DNA from: Ptychomitrium polyphyllum
Lineage: Eukaryota
Direction: 5' to 3'
NCBI GenBank assembly: GCA_973851085.1
Contig: OZ316776.1
Span: 13,330,001 to 13,394,000, forward strand
DNA length: 64,000 bases
The notes beneath the pieces were generated by a model that ran no database searches, was not told the DNA's origin, and saw only the letters and a program-made list of their open reading frames with translations. The translations under genes were made by a program, and so were the position numbers. Below are positions 13,374 through 26,427 of the stretch, in pieces (the first letter of the stretch is position 1; each line of letters begins with the position of its first letter).

Positions 13374-15291
13374 GATTCTGTAACGGAGATTAATCTGTTG
13401 GAAAAGCGAATTGATAATCCCAAGCGGTGGCTTGCGAATAAGTTGGTCGCCTTGAAGGTGCTTGTGCTAAGCTTAGTGTTTGCAACGCAGGTGTTGCACG
13501 AGCGCGCGATCAGGACAGAGAGTTTGATTACAGGCGACCTTGGTGCAAGTGCTGGAGCTCTCGAATGATCAGAGCCTCGCGTCATACAGGAGCCGTCACC
13601 AGATATTCTTGAGTTTGCAGCCTATGATATTATGGATGTTTGTGAATTTGACTGCAACATTTGTATAGACCTTCAGTTTAATTCGAGTTGTCCCTGCGCA
13701 GTCTATGATATCGCAGTCTGCGCCATCATTGCACAGGGGTCCGCTAAGAACGAGCAAATGATGCGTGACTGAGAACTCAGGTGCAAACTTTGTTATGATC
13801 ATGTACATTGATAGCACTGTGCAGCTGGCTGGTGTGTACACTATGCTCGTTAATTGAAAAGCGCTTCCAGCGGTCGCTGATATATATACGAATCGATGAT
13901 CACAAATAGAGCTCACTTGTTCTCTTCTACACTTGCACAACTGGTGAAGTGAACGGACCCTCAGCTGGCTCCTGAAAAGTTCGAGAAATTGATCGATCTG
14001 CACGCCGAATTAGTCGAAGTATTTAACAAGCTCTCCATCGACACAATTATAGTCCCAACACATTCTTGCGCTGACACATGTTGCACTTCCTCCAACTCTA
14101 AGTTCTAATAACCTTTGAGATAAGAATGCGAGTTGAGCGTCCCGCACACTCATTCAAGCGTCTGCTGGTTGCCACGCATGCTGTCTTGGATCCAACCAGA
14201 CTCGTATGCTGCACCAAAACATGAACTCGTCCTTAGCTTCTGTAGCGCGAGCAGTACGCCACCACGCACTATATTTCTAGTGACAGAGCGCAACAAGAAG
14301 CCGATCGCCGCACCTTCGCCACAAACAGAGATCCCGGTGGTAATCGCTTGCGAAGGCACGATTCTGTAAAAACATGTTTAGTTCCCAATTCTGTTAGCGA
14401 CATAGACTTTCGTGCTAATATACTCTGCTGCTGCTTCAGAAAATACATTGCAAGTACGCCATCCTCAGAGCTCGCCACTACTTCTTCCTCGTTGAATTGC
14501 TGCTTCGAAACCACTCAAGCATGGGCCTCAGAAGAGAGACTCTCTTTGGAGGAAGTAGAGTTTTCAAGCTTCTTAAAACCTCCACGGCGCCCCGCATGAG
14601 CTGCGCGGGCTGAATTTTACCTCTTCATGCCTCATACAACGAAGCGATTGGAAAAGACATTCCGAGAGATGGCGATGTGCCTCGACAGTCAGGCTGGCAG
14701 TCAGCGTCAGTGCGCATGAAATTTAGCTACTTCTCCCAAGCACACTGAGTTCGCTAGGGCGTTCATCGTCTTGATGAACATCGTTGTTCACGACGAACGA
14801 CCAGAGGTCAGTTCTCCCTGGTCGCTGTGGCCTTTCCATATTTTCTCATCATTTACCAATTGAAACATGGCGCCCTAAAACTGCAGCTCTTCGGGAACAG
14901 CGCACTTCGATATTTCACGATACGCTAGGAGACCCAACCCACGAGATACTACAAACTAAACGTCGCCTCGTCTTCGTTCAACTGGAGCACAGGGCAGGAG
15001 AGGTTGGGGTAAGTGTCATAGTATTCGCAGCCACTGCTTGCCATGATAATGATTGAGGAGCAAGAAGGCTACTGCGCTGTGCAGGCGAAGTGTCAGTTTC
15101 CGAACTTTGCATGAAATCATTCTGTTTTTGAAAAGAGAGTCGGACGCTGCGAAGAATTTTGGGGTCTGCAGAATGCTTTTATGAGTTTCAGCTGTAGCTG
15201 TTTAAGAGGATGCAGAGATTTGTGAGTGGTGGATGATTGGTGAGAGGTGGAATCGAACGTGAATTGATTGCCTGTTGTGTTCCTGGTTGCG

Positions 15292-18200
15292 ATGGACTTT
15301 CTGATTCAAAATAAGACGCTGGACGAGATTTATGGGTCGAACAATGTCGACATGAAAGATGATCTGAAAGAACTGAAGACAATGGACGAAAATTGTGGAT
15401 CTGATACTGTCAATATGGACGAATTTAAGACATTAGATGCGGTTTATGGATCGTACAACATCGATATGAGCGAACGGAAGAAATCGGACGACTTCGATGG
15501 ATTCGATATGAGCAATAGGAGATTGAAGGCATTAGACGATTTTAAAGAATTGAGCATAGATGATGACGACGACGTTGCGTTTGATTGCAGTACAATGCTG
15601 AATCCAGGAACGGAAGTAAGTGCGTGTATTAAAAACGATGGCAGCTGCATTCCACTGCGGAAAATTGGAAGCTTGAAAATTCCGGCCATCGTCACAGGTA
15701 GAGCAATCCTTAGTCGTTCTGCTCGACTCTTGCTTTCATAGAGTAGGCCGAGTTGTATCACTATTGCTTTTCAAAGCAAGAAATTTGCAAGACTGGCAAG
15801 ATTTTGCAAGGTGAAAGATCCTTTAGGGTTTTGCGTCTTGGATACTGCTTTAGGAAACATGTGCTATAGATTTGTTCTCTCAATGATCAACCTTTCATTC
15901 TTGGGAACACGAAAAAATGAGACAGCAAGTAAACTCTTTTAGCAATCTCGTAGAATATTGGAATTTCTCGCTCACCAAAGCATTGCACCTTTAGGATACC
16001 CTAATTCGAGAACTCAAATTTCCGAATCTCTACTCTTCAGATTTTGCCGTACATTTGTCTTATGGCGCAAAATTTTTTGCATCTGATTTTGCCTACATAC
16101 TCATGTGTGTAAGTTCGGTTTGTTAGGGTGAGTCTTATGTGGATGGCGATTGGGTTAATCAGGTTAGAATAGAGCACGGACCATGCCTACTGAAAAATGA
16201 TTATCTTCCAAAATGTAAGGTAGGGAACTTGAAAGGTTGACAATTGAAAAATTGAAAGAGTGTCTCTACTGAATCCTCTTGCCAGTTGAACAGGTATGTG
16301 GCAAGTTGCTGGACGACATGGAACCATTGATGTGAGGAAAGCGGTGAATGAGATGAAACTCTATGCATTTGCTGGGCTCGGTGTTTTTGATATGGCTGAT
16401 ACATGTAAGTGTCTAAACTGTTAATATCATTTCGTTAAATCACTTTACGCCTGACAGATTTGAAAATATAGCAGAAAATCAGAAGTCGTGCTCTTCATCT
16501 TCAGACGTACATTTTAGTTTAGGTTGTCCATTTGGAGTCAGAAGTACTGCTTGACGTTGAACATTTTTTGTGTTGTGCAGATGGACCTGCAGAGGAGATC
16601 TATGGCATGTTTTGCCATCAATATTGGGGTCACAAACCGGTCCTTGGCTTAACAAAATTTGTTCCTCGCTACGGTGAGGCTCCCGTACTCATCTATCCAT
16701 ATTATAAATTATGTTTCAGCAATTATGCGCTGTTAGTTCTGGCTATTGTATCAAGAATGTTCTTTTTATCTCATGCAGGTAACAGTGGCTCCGACACACG
16801 ATCTGAGGTGGAGGCAGTCATAGATCGATCTCGGACGCGAATGGGAGTGGTCACGTTGGACATGGTTCAGTTTCATTGGTATTTTATGAAGGATGTGTCC
16901 ATTTGGCCTGAATAGTAACCAACTGACGCTAGATATCTTCTTTGTACTGCACTTCTTTTTGCATAATTTCATTTCCATGCTTTCCAATTTTCTTCTCAAT
17001 CAACGAAGAATTAAATACAGAACTTTAGCTCACTTCTAATGAACAAAAACTTGCTCTATATAGTGACAGTCTTATGTAATAGCAAGCCCTAATTCTTAGG
17101 ACTCTCTCAATCATATTGCTTGTCTTACGTGCCCATGACATAATTTTCATAACATTTGTGAAGTTAACAGGTGGGATTTTAGCGATGGTCGATACTGTGA
17201 TTCCATGAAGTGGCTGTATACACTTCAACAAGAGGGTAAGATCAAGGAGCTGGGATTAACAAATTTTGGTACTGAACAAATGATCAAAATAGTCGAGGAT
17301 TGTGGAATTCCAGTAGTTTCTAATCAGGTTGGTTATCTGATACCACTTTCTTCTGTACTCACTTTTCCATCACGGGGCAGCTTCTTGGTTGTTGCATCAA
17401 TTGGAAATCACGTGATGCAGTTCAATCGTGTTTCGTTACCTGGCTAAATTTACAGGATGAGGTTGAAATACGCAGGTGTATAAGCCACATTAGAATCTTT
17501 GTATTTGATGTTGAAAATAGTCTATAGTGACTGTCGCAGGTAACATACTCTGTGATTGACACGCGGCCAGAGAAGAAAATGGTTGCATGGTGCCTACAAC
17601 ACGACGTGAAGCTTCTTGCTTATGGGTGTGCACCTTTCCGTAATTTGTTGACTTGAACGTGGAACGTGTTTTTTTCCCTCACGAACTTCTGTTCCTAAGA
17701 CATATTATGAAAGAAGGGCTTGCAAGAACATAGTTCGTGCATGGCTTTCGTGCTTCCGTGGCTGTAACCGTCGATGTCTGTTAAAAAGTTTTCTACATCT
17801 TTGTCAACCCGCTCGTACATTATATATCGTCGAATTCATTTAAGTTGGAAGAACATGTGCAGGGTACTGTTAGGGGGTTTCATGTCGGAAAAGTACTTGG
17901 GACAACCTGAGCCAGAGAGGTCAGACCTTACCACACCATCACTCAGCAAGTACAAATACGCTATAGACCAATGGGGCGGTTGGTCTCTGTTCCAGGTTTG
18001 TTCTCACGGTGGACTCAGTGATTCAAGATATGTGAGTCCTAATTTTATTTCCGATGTTCAATTCTATCACTTATAATACAGTCAAGTAGATAGCTTCATG
18101 CATCAGCTTGCTGATCTGTTAAATGTTGTTTTGTAGGAGCTTCTCCTTGCTACGAGCGAAATTGCTAACAAGTACAAAGCTTGTATCAGCAACGTGGCAA

Positions 18201-18806
18201 TAAGATATATTGCAGACAAACCTGTAGTTGCTGCCGTCATTATTGGAGCCCGGCTTGGCATATCAGAACATATAGCTACTAACCAGGCTGCATATTCTTT
18301 CCCAGGTATACTAACGCTTTTTTTAACAATTATCCTTACCAGGTTCTGAGAGCGTTTGGCATTTCTACAAAATGATTGAAGTGCGCATGGTACTTAAAAT
18401 TATGATTAGATGTGCAACATGAGCATTTAAATGTGGATTGAGAGTGAAGTCCATGTTTTCTTAGTCTGATTTCAGTGGTGAGGTAAAGTTTAGTAGCATC
18501 GATGGTGAGGTAAACATTTCGATGAGTATCCTAAACCATAAAGGACATCTACAATCTGAGTGTCCTTCCTATTCTCCAATAGATCCCGTAAATTAAAACT
18601 ATCAGAAAATGTCTGACCAGCTACAGAGTCTCGCTTTAAAATTTAGATCTGCTACGTGGAAAGTCCGTTATTAGAATAAGGTAAATTCTGTGGCAATAAG
18701 CACGTTTGTTTCTGCAGGCTTGGATGATGGAGACATAGCTCTGATACAATCTGTTGTGAAGAAAGGAAATGAACTCCCTGGAGATCCCGGTGATGAGTAC
18801 AGATAA
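15292..18806 (+). CDS. Aldo-keto reductase (NAD(P)-linked oxidoreductase; At2g27680/RSP5-like subfamily); about 9 exons, with an acidic repetitive N-terminal extension
   Basis: Spliced translation gives [88 protein letters not shown] and GDEYR*. The Asp/Tyr/Lys/His tetrad is present. All introns are GT-AG with matching phase. Confidence 0.88.
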
Positions 18807-19330
18807 CTCGGTTTGTGAAGATCCGTCGTAGTTCTATCCTTTCTGGATCGCGATGATGCGCAGCAGTACTCTAGCTCAACGCCATACCTGCAAGTGTCAA
18901 ACGAGATGATATTTGGAAATTGATAGAGTGCAGAGTTTGTTATTAGAGCTTCGTCGGCACACATGGAACCAGTGCTTAAGGCCCTTTAACACTAAACAGG
19001 GATATCAAATTGCCCTTCTATTAAATTGGCATGCCACACTATATGAATATTTGTGAATTTCAGGTTCCCAAATGTGGGTGATTCCAGATAATTAGTAACA
19101 ATTAATTAGTAACATTTAGAAATGAGGCAATCTATACTTCTATCCTTTGAAAGGCTTTTGAAAGGCTGGGGTATTAAAAAATTTAGAGCAATCACTTGAA
19201 TTAAGATAAAAGTTGAAGATTCAATATTCATAAACTTTGTAAATTAAATATTGATTCTTATAAAGCGAAATTTAAAGTAATTAAAAGTACACATCAAATG
19301 AACCTATCTAGATTTCTAGTTGTCTTTCTC

Positions 19331-19354
19331 ATATATATATATATATATATATAT
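19331..19354. repeat. (AT)n microsatellite
   Basis: Run of AT dinucleotides read directly. Confidence 0.9.
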
Positions 19355-22300
19355 GAAGCATTTGAATTTATTCTTAGATAAAATCATCATACATTATTTA
19401 AAAAACCAAATGAAGCCATATTTTTCACCATTGTGGCCAAATAACAATGATGTTTAAAGTCTAAAGTTACAACTTTGATGAAATAAGAATGTCGCTTTAT
19501 AAATTTGGCGGTTGAAAATGCATTGAAACATCCAAACTCCATAAAAACTTGTTATTGTAGAATAGTGTTGTGTCAAACAGTTATTATGAAAGACTTGTAA
19601 AAGGTGGTGTTATGGCCTCAATTCTAGTAAGAATATTTTTACTTATCATTTATACAAGGTTTTAAGATATTACTTCAACTAAGAAAATTACATTGAATAT
19701 TTGTATTGATAACATTCACATTGTTAAAACCTTATATGTTTATTATTTTAAAAATTACGTTAAATAGTATTATAAAGCCTTGCATAAATAAGAAATAATT
19801 GCACATTAATTAGAATTTCAAATGTATCAAATTAGCACTATTATGCATTGAGATTTGTAAACTAAAACTTGGAGAATTAATTTGATAATAATAATTTTAA
19901 AAATCTTAAATCTTAATTTGACGTCAATTTTTTTTCATTTGTAAATGATTCATTGATTAATGTGTGGCACATTCTTTAAATAAATACAACATGTGCAACA
20001 CATATATATTACGTGGATCAATAAACAATAGACAATTTGAAATATAGATTGAGTTGAAAACAAATATTACATAAAGTAGGTAGTGGGATGTATTGATACC
20101 ACTATCACTACTATTAATGATTGTTATTTGTAACATTTTTAAATCATTTGAAGATATTTGTGTTGCAGTTTGTTTCTTAAAAGCCTTGCATTTGAACCTT
20201 CTTCTATCCTAAAATTGCAATTTTGCAAGTTGTTTTTTTGTATTATTAAAAACATAAGTTTTGTATGATGAAGTTTATATAAATTGATACAGATTATTGG
20301 TTTCTATTAAAAATAAACAAAACATTTGGATTTGAAAGTATATGACAATAAATATAATATGGAAGAAATAAATTCTCCAATGTCTTTGTGCTTTTGTTTA
20401 TATAAAATGTCTTTTGAGAAAAATTTAGAATTCAATGTGCAAATCCAAGCTTTATAGAAATAATCAACCAAAAGTTCTAAATATGCTAGTTGAAATAGGA
20501 AATTTACTAAAATAAAAGAAGATGTTATTGCAATAATTTTTTTAGACTAAAAAAGACAAGCTTTGTTAAAAGTGAAAAAAAAAATGCTTTTATATTTAGA
20601 CTTTTGTAGATTTCCAAGCTACATCTTAAACTTCTTAATTGCAAGCATGATCTCAACTATAATAGATTAAATTGGTTATTTTATATTATTGGATGATCTA
20701 TCTCATTTTGTAATATTCTATACAATCATATTGCCTCTTTAATTCCAAGAAATATAGCTAAGGTTTTATTTTATCCATAAAAATAGTAACCATATAGTCA
20801 TTTTTTTATAAATCTAAGATTTTGGTAGAATGAAGTTGTATTTTGAATTGAGCATATGCTTGATAGGATTGCCATCAATAACAATAATAAATTTTCATGT
20901 ATATTTGCCAAAAACCTTTTGAAACATGATTTTGATGAATGATTTCAAATAATATTTATTGAAGTTTGTTTAATTTTTTTAAAGACATATTTTATCATAA
21001 TTGCTACATATTAAGATTTTGATGTAAGATTCTTGATTTCAAGTTTTAATATTTACAAATAAAAATAAATTATAATAGGAATATTTAGATATTTGATTTA
21101 CAATAACTAATTTATGAAACTCAAGACTATGATGACTTTGCATAATAGGTAAGTTTGTGGAAAAGTCCTTAATATAATGGGTAAGCAATTACAATTTTTT
21201 CTTCCAATTTGTAGAAATAATAGTAGAATGTAGCCCATAACAATCTTCACATTATTGACTCATGGATTTGATTATTGATTCCTCACAAACACAAAGGATT
21301 ATATTCAAATTAATAAAAATATTTAGCCATCTAGAAGACCACAAAATATTGAAACTAGGACACTTGCTACAACTTTAAAAATCCTTAAATTCTTTTCAGA
21401 ATTTCAATCCAATCACATTATTCCATTAAAGAAAATATTCCTATTGAATTGCTGAAAAGTGAAAAAATCCTAAAATTTTGCTTAAAAGATTATAACATAA
21501 TGTTAAAATGCTTAAAAGATGCTTAAAAGATTATAACCCTAAAATTATGAAACACTTATAATATCTATTCTATTGATTTATAAAACATTGACCATAAAAA
21601 CATTAGTTTGTAATCTATTAAATTCAAGTCATACATTAATAAACTTTATAATATATAATTCATTCATTAAGAAATTTCATCAAAGTTTGTCTGCAACATC
21701 ATTTGTTATTTTATCAATAGTATTGCCATAGACATCATTAGAAGACTTTTGTAATATCCTTGTGATTTTTAGGCATGACATTGCCAATTTATTCAAATTT
21801 CTTCTTAGTCTAGATATATTTATAAAAATTGAAAGATTTAGAATAAAATCTTTAGATATTAAATAATTATTAAAACCTAGTAATGTTGCAATGTGAATTA
21901 CAAGTAGTATGGTTGTAGCCTCCATTAGGAGACATTGGTTAACAAGATTCCATTTTGCTATCATGATTAAATACTTTGCTTCCTTTTTATGGAAGTGTGA
22001 AGCATTTTTCTGATGAAAAAACATGTCTAAATTTTTAAAAGACAAGGCAAAATTAAGAAAAATCCAAAAAAAATTGCTTCTTAGATAAAAATAAAGCATC
22101 AACAACACCTTATAGATTTATGTTATAAACAAAGTTCATTTTTTTTTTTTTATCCTTGCAATCCATTGAAGCACTCTAATTCGTAAATTTCAATTATTTT
22201 TAAAAGTTCATTTTGAAATTCTTTGATTTATTTTATGCATCTTTTGCTACATTAATGTTTGTATTTCTTTACTCTACTTGTTTTCTTTTTCAAAGATTTT

Positions 22301-23085
22301 GTTTATAAAATTCATTTACATAAAACCTGCATTCAAAAAGTCTTATCTATTAATGCTTTTTATAAAAGCATCTTGTAATAGAAGCACAATTGTAGCAATA
22401 ATAGTATTTCAGAAATTTCTTCTTTGAGATACTTTTCATTTGATTTATAACAACTACAAGAATTTTCATCCTTAACTTTTCCATTTTCATAATTTAAGCA
22501 ACCATTGCAAATAATTATTGGCTCCAACTGAAGTAGTCTCATTTTAAACATCACCCTTGGGACTAAAAAAATATAAAGTCGCTGTGGCTTTTTTTGCTTG
22601 ATGTTTTTAATTACTCTAAAATGTAATTGACTTATATATTTTCTTCAAAACTGTATGATATAAACATTGTATGGAAAATTTAGCAAATTGAACTAAACAA
22701 ATTGCACAAAGCTAAAAGACTTGATTTGTATCATAGTGCTTCTTTTATATGAATATCTCAAATCTTTCTTTTGATGTCAAATTGCAAATTTCAAGTTAAA
22801 CAAGAAAATAATAATTTCCTATCTAAAAAGTATAAAAACTTCTTTATGCTTAATAGCCAATGATAAGCACTTATTAGATTCAAAGTATATTTTCATAATC
22901 TAAATCTACATCAATAATCTATATCCAAAAGAAATTCAAAGAAAAAATGATGCCATCAAAATAATGAATGTAAACCTCATCCAATATTTGCACCAAAGTT
23001 AGCAAATGCAAATCCCACTCGTCCTTCACAACTATAGCATTTATTCTACAATAATAGGCCTTCTATTACAAACATACATTGTAAA

Positions 23086-24036
23086 TATTACATACATAGA
23101 CCATGCAACAAAGTCTTTAGAACCTTTTAAAACATTCTAGTATATTATAGTAGCTTCTTAGAATACTTTCAACATTTCCATAGCCATTTCTACATCCTTG
23201 GAAAATTTCCTAGAAAATTCCACCATCTTAGAAAGCTTCTAAGGAAGATTCCACCACCTTAGGAAACTTCTAGAAAAGACCCAACTCTTTAGGAATCTTC
23301 TTAGAATTGTTCCAATATCTTGAGAAACTTCTTAAAAAGGTTCTATAGACTTCTAGAATATTCTTAAGCCTTATAGGAAGCTTCTTTCAAAGTATCTTAT
23401 AAGATATAAGCGTCATAGTATAAATAGAAGACAAGACAAAATATTCCTTAGTCTTGCCAATATAAGTTGTAGATTATATTGTATCATGCCTTGCTCTAGT
23501 CTTTGTATCAGATTCTTATTAATCATTAACTCTTTGGAAGCTAATTCTTGGAAAACCCTTTGTTTTTGCTTCTTGTTTCTTATGTTCATAATAGTTTGGC
23601 AAGACTACTCTTCATCTTTTTCAAAGCTAAGGTTCTTTGAAGAAAATAATGGATTATCCATCTTCTTTAGGATTCCATAGCACGTTAGAGGTTGCGGATT
23701 ACCTTCCTCTAAACTAGCACCATAAATTGGTTTCTTTTTCTAAAAGCAAGTACTACTTCTTTTGAAAAAGGATCAATCTTTCAAAGGACGTGGATTAACT
23801 TCCTTTGAAGATATTCATAGTCTTCTTGTCTTTGACAGTCTTAAATAATGGATAACGTGCCTAAGACATTGGAGAATAAGTTTGCAACTATTAGAAGAAA
23901 AGACTTACATTAAAAGCATGTTGAGCCAAAGATTAGTATACAAGACAAGTTTGATGGATCAAGATCAAAGTTGAGAGGCTTTGTTCAACAAATAAGGCTC
24001 TTCCTTAGTTTGCATCAATCTCGCTATCTTCATGGT
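23086..24036 (+). mobile_element. Decayed Gypsy 5' LTR (~23086-23593) plus leader/gag-start remnant, interrupted by a younger LTR in opposite orientation
   Basis: Starts TATTACATACATAGACCATGCAAC, a decayed form of the TGT..ACATAGATCATGCA terminus of the other LTRs. Shares ~30-bp subrepeats, TATAAATAG and the CTAATTCTTGGAAAAC segment with them. The leader resembles 41560-41600. Confidence 0.7.
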
Positions 24037-24729
24037 TGTTAGAGACACAAGAAACAAGAAGCAAAAACAAAGTGTTTTCCAAGAATTAGCTTCCAAAAAG
24101 CTAATGATTAACAAAATCTTTGATACAAAGACTAGAACAAGGCAAGATTCAAGATGATCTACAACTTGTGTTGGCAAGACTAAGGAATACCTTGTTTTGC
24201 CTCTTATTTATACTATGACGTTTGTATTTCTTAAGATACTTCTAAATAAGCTTCCTACAAGGCTTAAGAATGTTCTAGAAGTCTAGGGAACCTTCCTAAG
24301 AAGTTTCCTAAGATATTGGAACCTTCATAAGAAGCTTTTAAGGAAGTGGAACTTGTAATGAAAGTTTCCTAAGATATTGGAACCTTCCTAAGAAGCTTTT
24401 AAGGAAGTGGAACTTGTAATGAAAGTTTTCTAAAATGTTGGAACCTTCTTTGGAAATTTCCTAAGGTGGTGGAACTTTCACAGGAAGTTTCTAAGATGAT
24501 GGAACCTTCCTACGAAGTTTCCTAAGGTGATGGAATCTTTGTAGGAAGTTACTTAAGATAATAGAACCTTCTTCGGAAGTTTTGTAAGATGGAGGAACTT
24601 TCCTAGGAAGCTTCCTAAGAACATGGAAAGACTATGGAGACATCTAAAAGTATTCTAAGAAGCTATTATAATATACTAGAAGGTTCTAAAATGTTCTAAG
24701 AACTTATTGCATGATCTATGTCCGTGACA
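24037..24729 (-). mobile_element. 3' LTR (693 bp, TGTCACGG...CTAACA) of a minus-strand Ty3/Gypsy chromovirus
   Basis: TG...CA termini; polypurine tract TGGGGAGGTGA immediately upstream on the minus strand (24730-24740); near-identical to the LTR at 42819-43462; internal GGAACCTTCCTAAGAAGTTTCCTAAG subrepeats. Confidence 0.88.
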
Positions 24730-25399
24730 TCACCTCCCCATTTAGCGACGAGTCCCATAAGGAGCTCTTTTCTTACCTTGCTTCTCAAATTTCTACAAAT
24801 TCCAAAATTTCCCGAAGGAGTGAAGCAACATACTTTGCTCGTTGTTCTTTATTCACTGATTCAACTGGTCCTTGCATGAAGCGCCGATGGCCACCAGCGA
24901 AGACTTCTATTGTTGAAATGTTCCATCCCAAGATCTGATCTTGATTAAGTTCTTCAAAACATCCTCCACATAAGATTTTGGATCCTCCAGAAGTGATTTC
25001 TTCCAATTTCTAACAAGATGACTAGAGCACAAGCATCTGAATCAAGACTGGAATGTGAAGGGCGAGTAGTCAATACTTCTGCACGAGGTCGTACTCGACA
25101 TTGGGATGTCCCTCTCATATTTTGACTTAGATCCTCCTTTACCGAGGACTAAGAAAGTTGAGTTGGCTCAACAGATACTGTTGTTGAAGAAGGTATGGTC
25201 GATTGCTCTTCACGCATATTCATGATAACACAAAGATTTAACATACTGGCGAGGATCTGGAAAAAATCTATCTTGGAAATAATGCTGCCTACAATTGGAG
25301 GTTTGGAAATCTCTCCTCCCTTCTTATACTTGTCTATGAAGGAAAAACTTCTCGATGAAGCTAACGGCTATTGATACACATCATTATTGATCTGGTTTC

Positions 25400-26427
25400 T
25401 GAGGATATCTTTGATGAAATTTGCGTACCTTCTTGGATGCATTTGTTACATTCGTTGAAGGTTCCCATGTTTGGTCATTGATGCCATATATCCTTGCCAA
25501 TGTATAAGATACTCCACACGTCCGTTCTTGATGCGTGAATCTAAGATCTCTTTTACTTCATATTCAATTTCATTATTGATTTCCAATGGAGGAGGCGAAG
25601 GGGCAATTCTCTTTGGTATACATAATTTGTTATAGGTTTCCAACAACGATACGTGGAATATTGGATTAATTTGCATGCTTGGTGGTAGCTTTAGGCGATA
25701 ACTAAGCAAATTTATTTGTTTGCTGATTTCAAACGGTCCCACCTTTTGATACTCCAACTTCTTTAATGGTCTTTCTGTTTGTATATTTTGTTGTAGAAGC
25801 CATACACTATCTCCAACCTTGAGCTTTGGATGGTCCTTTTGATGGCAATTTGCATAAGTTTTGTAATGATTTTGAGCTTGTTGTAACCGGAAGGTAATTT
25901 TTTGATGGATTTTAGCAAGTTGAATTGCAAAATCCTCTGCTGCAGGACTTCCAACATGCTTCACTTGAAATGGATCTGCTCGAGGATGATGGCCATAGTT
26001 TGCAAAGAATGGACTTTGGGTTATTGATGAATGCATCGTATTGTTGTAAGCAAATTCTGCCACAGGTAAGAGGTCCATGTAATAGTCTTGCTAGTAGTTT
26101 ATGCTACAACGAAGGTACCACTCCAAAATCTGATTCACACGTTTATTTTGGCCATGAGTTTGCGGATGGTATGCTGAAGAAAGGTAGAATCTTCCAAAAG
26201 TTGGAAATGAATTGTGGCCCCCAATTGGATACAATATCATCTGGTAGTCCATGTATGCGATAGACGTGATTTAGGAACAACTTGGCAGTTTCTTCTCACG
26301 TTACCGTCTTGTTGCATGCAATGAAATGTGTCATTTTGGTAAATCCATCCACCACTACCAAAATAAAATCCTTAGAATTGAAGTTTGGAAGGTCCGTGAT
26401 AAAATCCATTGACAAAGACAAATATGG
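25400..26427 (-). pseudogene. Frameshifted Gypsy integrase plus chromodomain (3' end of chromovirus pol)
   Basis: Minus-strand [48 protein letters not shown], the GPF/Y module (VGPFEI, IFHVSLL) and chromodomain EYEVKEILDSR...YLIHWQGY; frameshifts present. Confidence 0.92.

Noticed and set aside
23486..24177. Small hydrophobic ORFs repeated identically at 28356-29047
   Set aside because: Incidental frames inside LTR sequence; the identity is due to the inverted duplication.
24280..24620. Regular ~30-bp repeats resembling a CRISPR array (also 27910-28250 and 43070-43350)
   Set aside because: Degenerate tandem subrepeats inside LTRs, with no unique spacers and no cas genes, in a eukaryotic context.
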